Assembly (NCBI GenBank): GCA_964413425.1
Contig: CAYPST010000001.1
Span: 25,942 to 89,941, forward strand
Length of the DNA stretch: 64,000 bases
Origin: an uncultured bacterium
GTDB taxonomy: Bacteria > Fidelibacterota > JAANXI01
Direction of reading: 5' to 3'
The position numbers and the translations under genes were made by a program. Below are positions 55,657-64,000 of this stretch, piece by piece. Below the pieces are notes generated by a model. The model was not told the DNA's origin and made no database searches. It was given only the letters and a program-made list of their open reading frames with translations. Every line of letters begins with the position of its first letter. Position 1 is the stretch's first letter.

Positions 55657-58600
55657 TCAACCTTCTCCCATCAAATCCTGCAATCGCTGTTTCGACTTCT
55701 CTGTAAAGGTGGTATCCGTGGGAAAGTCAGTCAGGATAGAGCGGTACAGTCTGCGGGCGTTATCATACTGATCAATGGCAACATGGCACTCTGCAGCATT
55801 ATAGACACTCTTCACCACCCATTCTTTCTCGGAGCCGTACAGATACTTGGTTTTCAGATATTCCACCACCGCGGCATTCCAATCGCCCTGCAGCCGGTAT
55901 GATTCTCCCAGGAGATATTGCGCTTCAGCGCCGATTTCCGGTGCGGCTTCCGCCACCACCTCTTCCAGAAGATCTCTGGAATCATCATAACGTTCCTGCT
56001 GCAGCCGGACGCGCGCCAGCCCCAGCCGGCCCAGATGCTTCACGTGATCACTCCACTCGCTGCGAAGGATACTCTCGAAGAAGGCCTGCGCCTGCTCGTA
56101 GTTTTCCAGCTGGTAAAAGGCTAATCCGGTTTTATAAGTGGCCAGGGCGATGTTTTCATGCTGCGCATAATCCCTGAGGATTTTTTCATAGATATCGACG
56201 GCCTGGGAGTAATCCCCCCGATTATACAGCAGATCTCCCGCGTGCATTATGGCATCCGGAGTGCGGGCAGCGTTCGGGTAGGTCTGCCACTGCTGCCGGA
56301 AAGTAGCGATAGCAGAGTCCGGAGTGGAGTATTCTTCATACACCGTACCAATCGCAAAGTAAATGTTCCGTGCGGTTTCCGTATCGGGATACTCCTGTAG
56401 AATACTGCGGTATTCTTTGAGTGCCTCCTGAGAGCGCTGAAGCGTGACAAAATAGTTCGCCTTCCTGCTCAGGATTTCTGCTGCTTTGTCTCTGTCCCGG
56501 AGACGATCCACCAGTGCATCGATAATATCCAGCGACTCGGCAGCCCCTTCTCCCTGCTGCATCATTGACCACTGCAGGCCGGTCACTGCATCGGCCACAT
56601 ACTCGCTTTCGGGAAATTTGTTAATGATAATTTTATACTGCTCTCCTGCCTGGGCATATTGTTCCAGATTATAGTAACAATCTCCGATGGCATAAGTGGC
56701 ATCCACCCGATATTCACTGTCCGGGTAGTTTAAAAGCAGTTCCCGGAAGTCAGAGATCGCCACCTGATATTGTCCTCCCCGGAAGGCAGCCCGCCCGCTC
56801 AGATACAGAGCTTCTTCAATATCAGGATACGAAGGATACTCGTCGACCGCCGTCCGAAAAGCTTCCCGGGCGGAGGTAAAATTGCTGCTGCGAAGATAGG
56901 CCTGGCCGATCTGGACATGGGCCTCTGCTTTCTGCCTGGCGGTGCTGGTATTTTCGAGCACCACCCGGTATACCTGAATGGCTCGACTATACTGCTTCGC
57001 ATTGAACAGCGCATCGCCCTGGCGCATTCGGGCGTCAATGCGAATAGACTCATCCTCCGCCTCCCGGGCTGCGGTTTCAAACGCCCGGGCGGCTTCTTCA
57101 TACCTCCCCAGCCGCATGGCGGCATATCCCAGTCCGTAATTCGCATCCGCAAGGGATGAAGACTCCGGAAACTGATCGATGAATTGACTGTAGGCAGCAT
57201 AGGCTTCCCGGAAGTTACTCAGCCGGTACTCAGACTCCGCTTTCCACAACAGGGCCTCACTCACGAACTGGCTGTTGGGATAGGTCCGGAGCACGTGATC
57301 AAAATACTTCGCTGCCTGTTCGTACTGTTCCGCCCGGTAATGGGACCAGGCCAGCCGGTACATTGCCCGATCCTGGATGTCAGAATCCTCATAATGAACC
57401 CAGGTTTGCCGGAAGGCCTCCTGCGCTTCGCCGTATTCTCCCCGGGCAAAATGGCATTCTCCCACCATCAGGGAGGCATCCGGCACCAGAGACGAGCTCT
57501 GGTATTCCTCCACCACCCTGGAGAAATAGCGCTGAGCTTCGGAGTAATTGCCATCTTCGAATTCCAGAGACGCATATTGGTACAAAGCATTCGGGGCATC
57601 GGATGAGCCGGTGTAATCCTGAAAGACTGTTTGGAAGGCCTGCCGGGCACGGTCTCGGTTATCGTCCTGTAAATAGCTCTGTCCGGCCTGAAATGTTGCC
57701 GAGGCAATGAGCGTATCGCTGGCACTGATTTCGGCTACTTCCTGAAATGCTGCCGCGGCCTCGGCGTACCGTTCCAACTCCGCATAGGCCCATCCCAGGC
57801 TGTACTGGGCATCATCCCGGTACGGATTCTCTGCCATCCTGACGGCGGTTTGATACTCCGCAATGGCACTTTTGTACTCACTTTGATGGTAATACGCTTC
57901 CCCGATGAAGTACTGCGCTTCACCACGGAGCGGACTGTCCGGATAATTCTCCAGGGCGCTCCGCAGGCTGGTAATGGCTTCGGCATAGTCCCCTTTGCCG
58001 TATGCGGCAAAACCGACCCGATACGCAGCCTGATTTGCCAGAGGACTCTGGGGATGCGTGGCGATTAATTTGTCGTACGCCTCCATGGCCCGGTCCCACT
58101 GGCCTTGCTCTTCAAAAATATATGCAGCGGAATAGGCTGCATAATCCGCCAGCGCAGCATCGGGATAGTCCTGATACACCTGCTGATAGAGTTCCAAGGC
58201 CTTCCCGGTGTCTCCGGTTCCATAGACGGCTTCCCCGTACCAGTAGAGTGCATTGGGCTTCAAATCACTGTTGGGATATTGCTCCAGGAACCGTTCCAGC
58301 GCCCGCATAGCCCCCTGATTTTCGCCGGCATTCACCAGCGCTTCACCAAGCCGGAATTGGGCCCTGTCCCGAAACCCGACTGCCGGATACCTGGTCAGTA
58401 ATTCCCGGTAGGCGGAGATGGCCCGAGTGTAATTCTGGGATTGAAGATAGGATTCCGCCAGAAGAAATTGGGCCTCCCCGGCATAATTGCTGGAGGGAAA
58501 TTTCTTCAAAAATTCACGGAATTGGGTGCTGGCCAGTTCGTATAATTGATCGTTATACATCCCTTTGGCAACAAAGAATTCACGCTCGGCCGCATTCTCC

Positions 58601-58695
58601 TGGGATTGGGCGTTCACCAGCCATGCACACATGAACACACCGGCCAGCACACCGATCCGGACTGATAACCTGAAGTACTTAACGAGTGCTTTCAT
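55657..58695 (-). CDS. large tetratricopeptide-repeat (TPR) protein, secreted/periplasmic
   Basis: 1012 aa; signal peptide; more than 20 TPR-like 34-residue repeats with the W-LG-Y / A-F-A-P pattern (YbgF-like repeats). Confidence 0.8.
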   Translation of the reverse strand: MKALVKYFRLSVRIGVLAGVFMCAWLVNAQSQENAAEREFFVAKGMYNDQLYELASTQFREFLKKFPSSNYAGEAQFLLAESYLQSQNYTRAISAYRELLTRYPAVGFRDRAQFRLGEALVNAGENQGAMRALERFLEQYPNSDLKPNALYWYGEAVYGTGDTGKALELYQQVYQDYPDAALADYAAYSAAYIFEEQGQWDRAMEAYDKLIATHPQSPLANQAAYRVGFAAYGKGDYAEAITSLRSALENYPDSPLRGEAQYFIGEAYYHQSEYKSAIAEYQTAVRMAENPYRDDAQYSLGWAYAELERYAEAAAAFQEVAEISASDTLIASATFQAGQSYLQDDNRDRARQAFQTVFQDYTGSSDAPNALYQYASLEFEDGNYSEAQRYFSRVVEEYQSSSLVPDASLMVGECHFARGEYGEAQEAFRQTWVHYEDSDIQDRAMYRLAWSHYRAEQYEQAAKYFDHVLRTYPNSQFVSEALLWKAESEYRLSNFREAYAAYSQFIDQFPESSSLADANYGLGYAAMRLGRYEEAARAFETAAREAEDESIRIDARMRQGDALFNAKQYSRAIQVYRVVLENTSTARQKAEAHVQIGQAYLRSSNFTSAREAFRTAVDEYPSYPDIEEALYLSGRAAFRGGQYQVAISDFRELLLNYPDSEYRVDATYAIGDCYYNLEQYAQAGEQYKIIINKFPESEYVADAVTGLQWSMMQQGEGAAESLDIIDALVDRLRDRDKAAEILSRKANYFVTLQRSQEALKEYRSILQEYPDTETARNIYFAIGTVYEEYSTPDSAIATFRQQWQTYPNAARTPDAIMHAGDLLYNRGDYSQAVDIYEKILRDYAQHENIALATYKTGLAFYQLENYEQAQAFFESILRSEWSDHVKHLGRLGLARVRLQQERYDDSRDLLEEVVAEAAPEIGAEAQYLLGESYRLQGDWNAAVVEYLKTKYLYGSEKEWVVKSVYNAAECHVAIDQYDNARRLYRSILTDFPTDTTFTEKSKQRLQDLMGEG

Positions 58696-58952
58696 ATAAT
58701 TACAATTTCAGTTCCTTGAACTTATTACACACACTGTATTGATCCCTGTTCCGCAGAGATAAAAACGCTGTGTTTTTGACGATCCGAGCATTGCAAAGTT
58801 CCTGGCCCGTTAAATAAACTGCCGTATTCGGGAGGCTGGTACTTTCCGTAATAAATTGAATGATTCCATGGTTCTGTTCGGACGATGCCTCTCCGGTGTA
58901 TCATTCTATCTTATGATTATCCCCGTTGTTTTCCAAAAGAATTCAATGAAAC

Positions 58953-60197
58953 TCAGCTGAATACTAACTTCAGGTAGAACAGCGGATTTGACAACTGTTT
59001 CCGCGGCACCTCATTCGCCAGCATCCCTCCGATGATTCGATTGACCTCCTCACTTTTCGCTGCCTTGTGGATGACAAAGTTGAGCAGCGGCCTGATTTTT
59101 CCCAGTTTCTGCAAACGGGAACTCACCTGTAATTCATCCCCGATTTCCGCCCAGAGGCGCTCATCGTAGCGCCGCAGGAAGGTTTCACTGTAATCGTTGG
59201 CCTCCAGGGCTTCGCTGATCGTCTGAACTGCATACCTGGCAGAATACATAGCGTTGCCGATTCCTTCCCCGGTGAACGGGTCAATCAGGCCCGCAGCATC
59301 TCCCAGCAGCATAAAGCCATTCCCGTAGTTCTTGCGATGCTTGCTCCCCACCGGCAAATTCCAGCCGGTCGGATTTTCCAGGGGGGTGGCTTCTGCAAAC
59401 CGATCCTGAAAGGCCGGACTCTCGATGGAGTACTGCAACGCCTTCCTGAGATTTACGTTTTCGTCCTTAATATACTTGTGCAGCATTCCGATCCCCACAT
59501 TCGCATATCCGTCCTCCAGCGGGAAAATCCAGAAATATCCGGGGAGCACTTCATCGACATAATGCAATTCGATTTGATCCGTCAGTCCTTTCACTCCCTG
59601 ATAATACTGGCGGAGCGCCACCACCCAGTGTGCGGGATCATGATGATACAACCCTGCTTTCTGTGCTATCACAGACCGGTAGCCATCCGCACCCAGGACT
59701 ACCGGAGCATGATAGGTCTGCTCATTGTCCCGGTTATCTCTCCCCGTAATTCCGGTGACCTGTCCGTCTTCCCAGACCAGATCGGTAACAGTAAAATTCT
59801 CTCTGACTGTATCTGCTGCTTCCCGGGCTTTTTGGAACAGGTAATTGTCAAAGACCGTGCGGCGGATGACAAAACCCGAAATACTATCCTCTACGATATC
59901 CTGCTTAAAGTCGATATTCACCTGGACATGCTCCGGGCTGCCAAACACCACTCTTTTGATATAGGCTCCCGGCAAGGCGCTCACTTCCTCCATCATATCC
60001 AGATCCTTCAGGATGGTGACAGACTTCCCCGAGAGCGCATCCCCGCAAATTTTATCCCTGGGAAAGGACGCTTTATCCAGCAGCAGCGATTTTAACCCGG
60101 CGCGCTGTGCGTAGATGGCAGCGGTGGAGCCGGCAGGACCAGCTCCCACAATAATCACGTCATAGCGTTCAGTGTGTGCTGCGGTCATTGTTGACAT
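58953..60197 (-). CDS. geranylgeranyl reductase family FAD-dependent oxidoreductase
   Basis: 414 aa; [15 protein letters not shown] motif; CGDAxSG motif and GDAAG motif typical of the ChlP/GGR family. Confidence 0.75.
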   Translation of the reverse strand: MSTMTAAHTERYDVIIVGAGPAGSTAAIYAQRAGLKSLLLDKASFPRDKICGDALSGKSVTILKDLDMMEEVSALPGAYIKRVVFGSPEHVQVNIDFKQDIVEDSISGFVIRRTVFDNYLFQKAREAADTVRENFTVTDLVWEDGQVTGITGRDNRDNEQTYHAPVVLGADGYRSVIAQKAGLYHHDPAHWVVALRQYYQGVKGLTDQIELHYVDEVLPGYFWIFPLEDGYANVGIGMLHKYIKDENVNLRKALQYSIESPAFQDRFAEATPLENPTGWNLPVGSKHRKNYGNGFMLLGDAAGLIDPFTGEGIGNAMYSARYAVQTISEALEANDYSETFLRRYDERLWAEIGDELQVSSRLQKLGKIRPLLNFVIHKAAKSEEVNRIIGGMLANEVPRKQLSNPLFYLKLVFS

Positions 60198-60245
60198 TTC
60201 TTCCTGAATATATTCAAACAGTCACATTCTTTGCTTTGATTAAGG

Positions 60246-60740
60246 TCACTTCTTTTTTCGTTCGTATGTTACAAAGCTATAATCGTACGGCTGATCTGAG
60301 TCAGAGTAGTCTTCGCGCTCCACCTCCCGCCATTCTCTCCAGTTGAAATCCGGGAAGAACACGTCCCCCTCAAAGGTTTCGTGGATGCGGGTGAGATACA
60401 TACGATCGGCGACGGGAAGCGCTGCTTTATAGATTGCGGCGCCACCGGCGATCATCACCTCTTCCGCATCCCCGGCGGCCTGGTACGCCTCTTCGAGTGA
60501 GTGAACCACCACACAACCATCCTGGTTGTAGTTTGCCTGTCGAGTTACAATAATATTGGTCCGGCCTGGCAACGGCTTCTCCAGCGTTTCGAAGGTCTTA
60601 CGACCCATGACCACCGGTTTTCCCATGGTGCTCTGCTTGAAATGTTGCATATCCGGTGGAAGATGCCAGGGCAAGCCATCCCCCTTTCCAATGACTCCAT
60701 TCTCGCTCACGGCCGCTATCAGAGAGATTATCATGGGCAC
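60246..60740 (-). CDS. folA: dihydrofolate reductase
   Basis: 164 aa; DHFR signature (IIAAVSENGVIGKGDGLPWHLPPD, GRKTFE). Confidence 0.9.
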   Translation of the reverse strand: MPMIISLIAAVSENGVIGKGDGLPWHLPPDMQHFKQSTMGKPVVMGRKTFETLEKPLPGRTNIIVTRQANYNQDGCVVVHSLEEAYQAAGDAEEVMIAGGAAIYKAALPVADRMYLTRIHETFEGDVFFPDFNWREWREVEREDYSDSDQPYDYSFVTYERKKK

Positions 60741-61562
60741 TCAGACCGCCATCGGTGCTTTGATTGGCGGATGATGTTTGTAATGCTCCAGCCGGATATC
60801 CTCCATGGTAAAGCCATCGATGTCCTTCACCTCAGGATTCAACCGCAGATTCGGAAGTGGGTTTGGTGTGCGACCGAGCTGCTCCCTGACCTGTTCGAAA
60901 TGATTATGATAAATATGCGCATCCGAAAGGGTGTGTATGAACTCTCCCGGCTTCAAATGGGTAATCTGGGCGACCATATGGAGCAGCAAGGAGTAGGAGG
61001 CGATATTAAATGGGACCCCCAGGAACATATCACAGCTGCGCTGGAACATATGCAGTGAGAGCGTGTCCTCGACAACGAAGAATTGAAAGAGAATATGACA
61101 GGGGGGAAGCGCCATCTGGTCCAGTTCTCCCGGATTCCAGGCGGTGACCACATGCCGCCGGCTGTTTGGGTTCCGCTTGATGTTTTCGATGACCTCCCGC
61201 AGCTGGTCGATCTCCCTGCCATCCGGCGCTTGCCAGGAACGCCACTGCACGCCGTAGATGCGGCCCACGTCCCCGTCGAATTCGGCTTTCGGTTTCCAGT
61301 AGTCGGCACTGGCATTGGCATCCCAGATGCGGGAGCCCATCCTCCGGAGCTCGTTCACGTCCCGGCTCCCCCGGAGAAACCACAGCAATTCCGCTGTCAT
61401 AGATTGAAATGCCAGCTTCTTGGTAGTCACCGCCGGAAACCCGTCCGACATGGGAAACCGCAGCTGCATTCCAAAGATGGCACGGGTCCCGACGCCCGTT
61501 CTGTCCGGCCGGTCCACCCCCTCTTCCAGGATCTTGCGCAGCGCATCGAGATATTGCTTCAT
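60741..61562 (-). CDS. thyA: thymidylate synthase
   Basis: 273 aa; ThyA signature (...PCH..FQF catalytic Cys region); contiguous with folA. Confidence 0.9.
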   Translation of the reverse strand: MKQYLDALRKILEEGVDRPDRTGVGTRAIFGMQLRFPMSDGFPAVTTKKLAFQSMTAELLWFLRGSRDVNELRRMGSRIWDANASADYWKPKAEFDGDVGRIYGVQWRSWQAPDGREIDQLREVIENIKRNPNSRRHVVTAWNPGELDQMALPPCHILFQFFVVEDTLSLHMFQRSCDMFLGVPFNIASYSLLLHMVAQITHLKPGEFIHTLSDAHIYHNHFEQVREQLGRTPNPLPNLRLNPEVKDIDGFTMEDIRLEHYKHHPPIKAPMAV

Positions 61563-61786
61563 GAAATCTATCTATCCCGCCCTCATCTCCATTTCAATTA
61601 ACTCCTAAGTTATAAGAAAAATCACGAACTCAAAAATGATTAATGCAAAAAGGCGGAAACCTTATCCGGTAGAATATTGATATTCTTAATTTGGGATTTT
61701 GAGTTTTGATTATTGAGACTACTACGGAAACCACGAATGACACCAATGGACTCAGTATTGGAGTTTTGAATTCTTGATCTCTTGTT

Positions 61787-62077
61787 TCACCCCTGTCCAG
61801 GCGATTTCAGATACGCAATGGTCGCGCCCCAGCTCCCTCTGGCATCTCCGGCCAGATGGTATTCAGTCACGTATGGATGCCTTTCCAGAATCGAGTGGAC
61901 AATCCGTCTCAAGGTGCCGGTTCCTTTCCCATGGATAATTCGTATCCGATAAATCTCCTTCTCCCGACATGCCCCGATATACTCCGGCACCAATTCCTTC
62001 ACGTCTCCCGGATGGAATTGATGGAGATCCAGCACCCCGTCAATGGGATATTCCACCGGTTCATCCCGGGCATTCAT
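61787..62077 (-). CDS. Smr (small MutS-related) domain protein
   Basis: About 96 aa from the Met at 62077; Smr motif (LDLHQF...IIHGKGTG.LR); start codon overlaps the upstream stop (ATGA). Confidence 0.7.
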   Translation of the reverse strand: MNARDEPVEYPIDGVLDLHQFHPGDVKELVPEYIGACREKEIYRIRIIHGKGTGTLRRIVHSILERHPYVTEYHLAGDARGSWGATIAYLKSPGQG

Positions 62078-63852
62078 CGGATGATCACGCCTTTCTGTGC
62101 GTACCACGTGTTCCCGATACGAAGCCGATAGATGTACACTCCGGATCCGACCGGCCGGTTCTGCGTATCGGTGCCATTCCACCGGATGGATTGGACCCCG
62201 GCCGGCCCGGGCCCCCGAACCAGTGTTTTGATGTGCCGGCCGGAGATATCATACACTGCGAGATACACCTCCGATGCCTGTTCCAGCTTATAATGGAGCC
62301 TGGTGCTCTGCGAAAAGGGATTGGGGTATCCGGACAACAGCACCGCATTATTGTTGAACCTCACGTTGGAACCGGATTGTATTCCGGTATCCATCCCGCT
62401 GATATCGAACACCCGGGGGTAATGATCCGATGCCAGGTGGGAATCACCTCGCCGGAGCCCGTATTGTTGTAACGTCGAATCATGCATTGCCGTCGTATTC
62501 AAAATAAAATGCCTGCCGGGTTCGATCACGCTGTCGGAAAAGAGCACATAGTCCAGTTTTCCCGGATTGAACGTACTTCTATCATCCCGCCAGGTATACC
62601 CCATCCGCCGGGCGGTGTGGCGCGAAAAGAGATCCGTAAACGGGGTCCCGTCCCAATCCGGGAACGCGTCCGGACCGAACACCTCTTCATTGGAGATATC
62701 TCCGGTAGTCAGAGTGGTCAGCTGCCGGGCGTATCCCACTAGGTTAAAATCTCCCACATGGACAATGGGAGTATGTTGCGGCAAGGGAAACGGTCCCGCT
62801 CCGTGCTTCCAGTCCCGGACGGCGGCCATAATCCGGTCGGCATCCTGCTGGCGACTGAGATTGTTGCCGCAGCAGGCCAGATGGGAATTGATGACCAGCA
62901 GAGAGCCTGTCCATGGGGTAGACAACTCCAGGAGCACGGCGAGGGAGCGCTCGGATTCGGTGAGTATCGCATATTCCCGGAGGGGAAACCGGGAGATCAC
63001 GGCCACAGAGTGCGCCTGCTTACTCACGTACCATGTCTGCCCCGGAAACCATTCCTGTATAATACCTTGCAGATCGATGTTATCATCGAACAGCTCCTGG
63101 AAGGCCATGATATCCGGACGTAATGCCTGAAGTATTCTTTGAAATCCTGGCTGGCGGACCGGATCCTGAAGCCCTGACCGCAGCGTGTTGTACGTAACGA
63201 TGCGGAGGTCTTCCGGGTGTTCCCGTTCCAACGGAATGGGATCTGCCGACATCGTCCTGCTCGTATCGATGACATAGCTGACCCCGCCGGCCTGATCGGG
63301 CAGATAATCACCACCATCCCTGGTCTCCACCAGCACCATCCGAATAGTATCAGGGTGAACCTGATTCTGCTGCGCAAAAATCGGCCTCCGATAGGCTATG
63401 GCAAGTTCGAAGGCATCGGAGGTCACGGTGGGAAAGATCCGCAGGCTGATATCGGATTGGTAAAACAATTGATTCTGATCCTCCGAGTGGAGCATCCCTT
63501 CCCGGCATCCGAAGCACCACTCCAGGTCGGCGCCGATTCCATGGATTGGCACTCCGGTCTCGGTGTTGGTATCAGTATCAATGTACAGATGGATGTCGTT
63601 CCAGTCCTGGAGCAGATGATCCCCGGTATGAAACCGTAGCGAGAGGTACAGGAAGTCCTGATCGTTGGTGACTTTCAGCTCGGAAAAGTCCTGACGCAAA
63701 GCATCCTTTGCCGGATCCGACACTGCCACCGGGATATCCTCCCAATCGTCAAACAGCCCCTCCATCACCATGGGAATATTCTGCGAGAAGCCGGAAGCCG
63801 CCACCAGAAACAACAGACCGGCAGCTGTAATATATGTGTGAATATTATTCAT
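62074..63852 (-). CDS. endonuclease/exonuclease/phosphatase (EEP) family protein with T9SS C-terminal sorting domain
   Basis: 592 aa; signal peptide; central EEP fold motifs (...SDHYPV); C-terminal about 80 aa Por-secretion-tail-like beta domain (...VYIYRLRIGNTWYAQKGVIIR). Confidence 0.75.
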   Translation of the reverse strand: MNNIHTYITAAGLLFLVAASGFSQNIPMVMEGLFDDWEDIPVAVSDPAKDALRQDFSELKVTNDQDFLYLSLRFHTGDHLLQDWNDIHLYIDTDTNTETGVPIHGIGADLEWCFGCREGMLHSEDQNQLFYQSDISLRIFPTVTSDAFELAIAYRRPIFAQQNQVHPDTIRMVLVETRDGGDYLPDQAGGVSYVIDTSRTMSADPIPLEREHPEDLRIVTYNTLRSGLQDPVRQPGFQRILQALRPDIMAFQELFDDNIDLQGIIQEWFPGQTWYVSKQAHSVAVISRFPLREYAILTESERSLAVLLELSTPWTGSLLVINSHLACCGNNLSRQQDADRIMAAVRDWKHGAGPFPLPQHTPIVHVGDFNLVGYARQLTTLTTGDISNEEVFGPDAFPDWDGTPFTDLFSRHTARRMGYTWRDDRSTFNPGKLDYVLFSDSVIEPGRHFILNTTAMHDSTLQQYGLRRGDSHLASDHYPRVFDISGMDTGIQSGSNVRFNNNAVLLSGYPNPFSQSTRLHYKLEQASEVYLAVYDISGRHIKTLVRGPGPAGVQSIRWNGTDTQNRPVGSGVYIYRLRIGNTWYAQKGVIIR

Positions 63853-64000
63853 GTCTCCGAATTATGCGGTGAATCTCCCAATCATCTATAAACTGCGATA
63901 AAATACCATTCGGGACGGAAAAATGGAAAAAGTTATTTGCCGACTCGATTGAAAGAATAGCACACAGATGCGCACGGAAACAGGGGATGACCACGGATCA

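Noticed and set aside
1-64000. Search for CRISPR arrays, tRNA/rRNA genes, transposases, integrases and phage structural genes
   Set aside because: No regularly spaced direct repeats of CRISPR type were found, nor tRNA-like T-arm/acceptor pairs or rRNA-like conserved stretches. No ORF shows DDE transposase, tyrosine/serine recombinase or phage capsid/terminase signatures.

Overview
This 64 kb window looks like a chromosomal segment from a moderately high-GC bacterium of the FCB group (Bacteroidota / Rhodothermota / Balneolota-like). The lineage call rests on a T9SS-type C-terminal sorting domain, a Bacteroidota-like gene repertoire, and a cruF/cruC/cruD/crtO carotenoid cluster of the kind known from Salinibacter and Rhodothermus.

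Nearly every gene is on the minus strand, packed tightly with many 1-4 nt overlaps that suggest translational coupling. I found no rRNA, tRNA, CRISPR array or obvious transposase.

Main blocks, left to right:
1. A housekeeping block: HU, SppA, a LysM-containing lytic transglycosylase, PlsC and SerS.
2. A nucleotide-sugar / polysaccharide locus that looks like the Pseudomonas WbpA-B-D-E pathway to UDP-2,3-diacetamido-glucuronate: a DegT/WbpE aminotransferase, a fused WbpB oxidoreductase-WbpD acetyltransferase, a WbpA-like dehydrogenase, RfbB, an RfbC-like cupin and Ugd. A 618-bp AT-rich gap interrupts it.
3. A conserved scpA-scpB-rluB-X-cmk-rpsA operon with an uncharacterised 569-aa Rossmann-fold protein (X) inserted in it.
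4. A cell-wall / outer-membrane group: an HNH endonuclease, an NlpC/P60 hydrolase and a beta-barrel outer-membrane protein.
5. A long, probably light-controlled minus-strand operon running from a secreted unknown protein through crtYcd, a crtO-like enzyme, crtI, crtB, an acyltransferase, a GT2 glycosyltransferase and a CruF-like hydratase to an SRPBCC protein and a class II photolyase. A divergently transcribed MerR/B12-binding regulator (CarH/LitR type) reads outward from the shared intergenic region.
6. SRPBCC, DUF1614, DUF4097 and beta-lactamase-family genes, then murB, an M1 aminopeptidase, a TPR-OMP-ExbB-ExbD-TonB operon, a geranylgeranyl-reductase-family gene, folA-thyA, and an Smr protein coupled to a T9SS-secreted EEP nuclease.

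The parts I would look at again are the noncoding ones:
- several unusually long intergenic gaps (3144-3689, 10653-11270, 45792-46432) dense in very stable GC hairpins, including a recurring CCCCGA-N4-TCGGGG hairpin;
- a low-GC islet (47576-48505) holding a small orphan gene and a 17-bp perfect inverted-repeat pair around an AT-rich 124-bp cassette;
- heptamer (YYGTCAR) tandem arrays on both sides of murB;
- the candidate CarH/LitR operator region.
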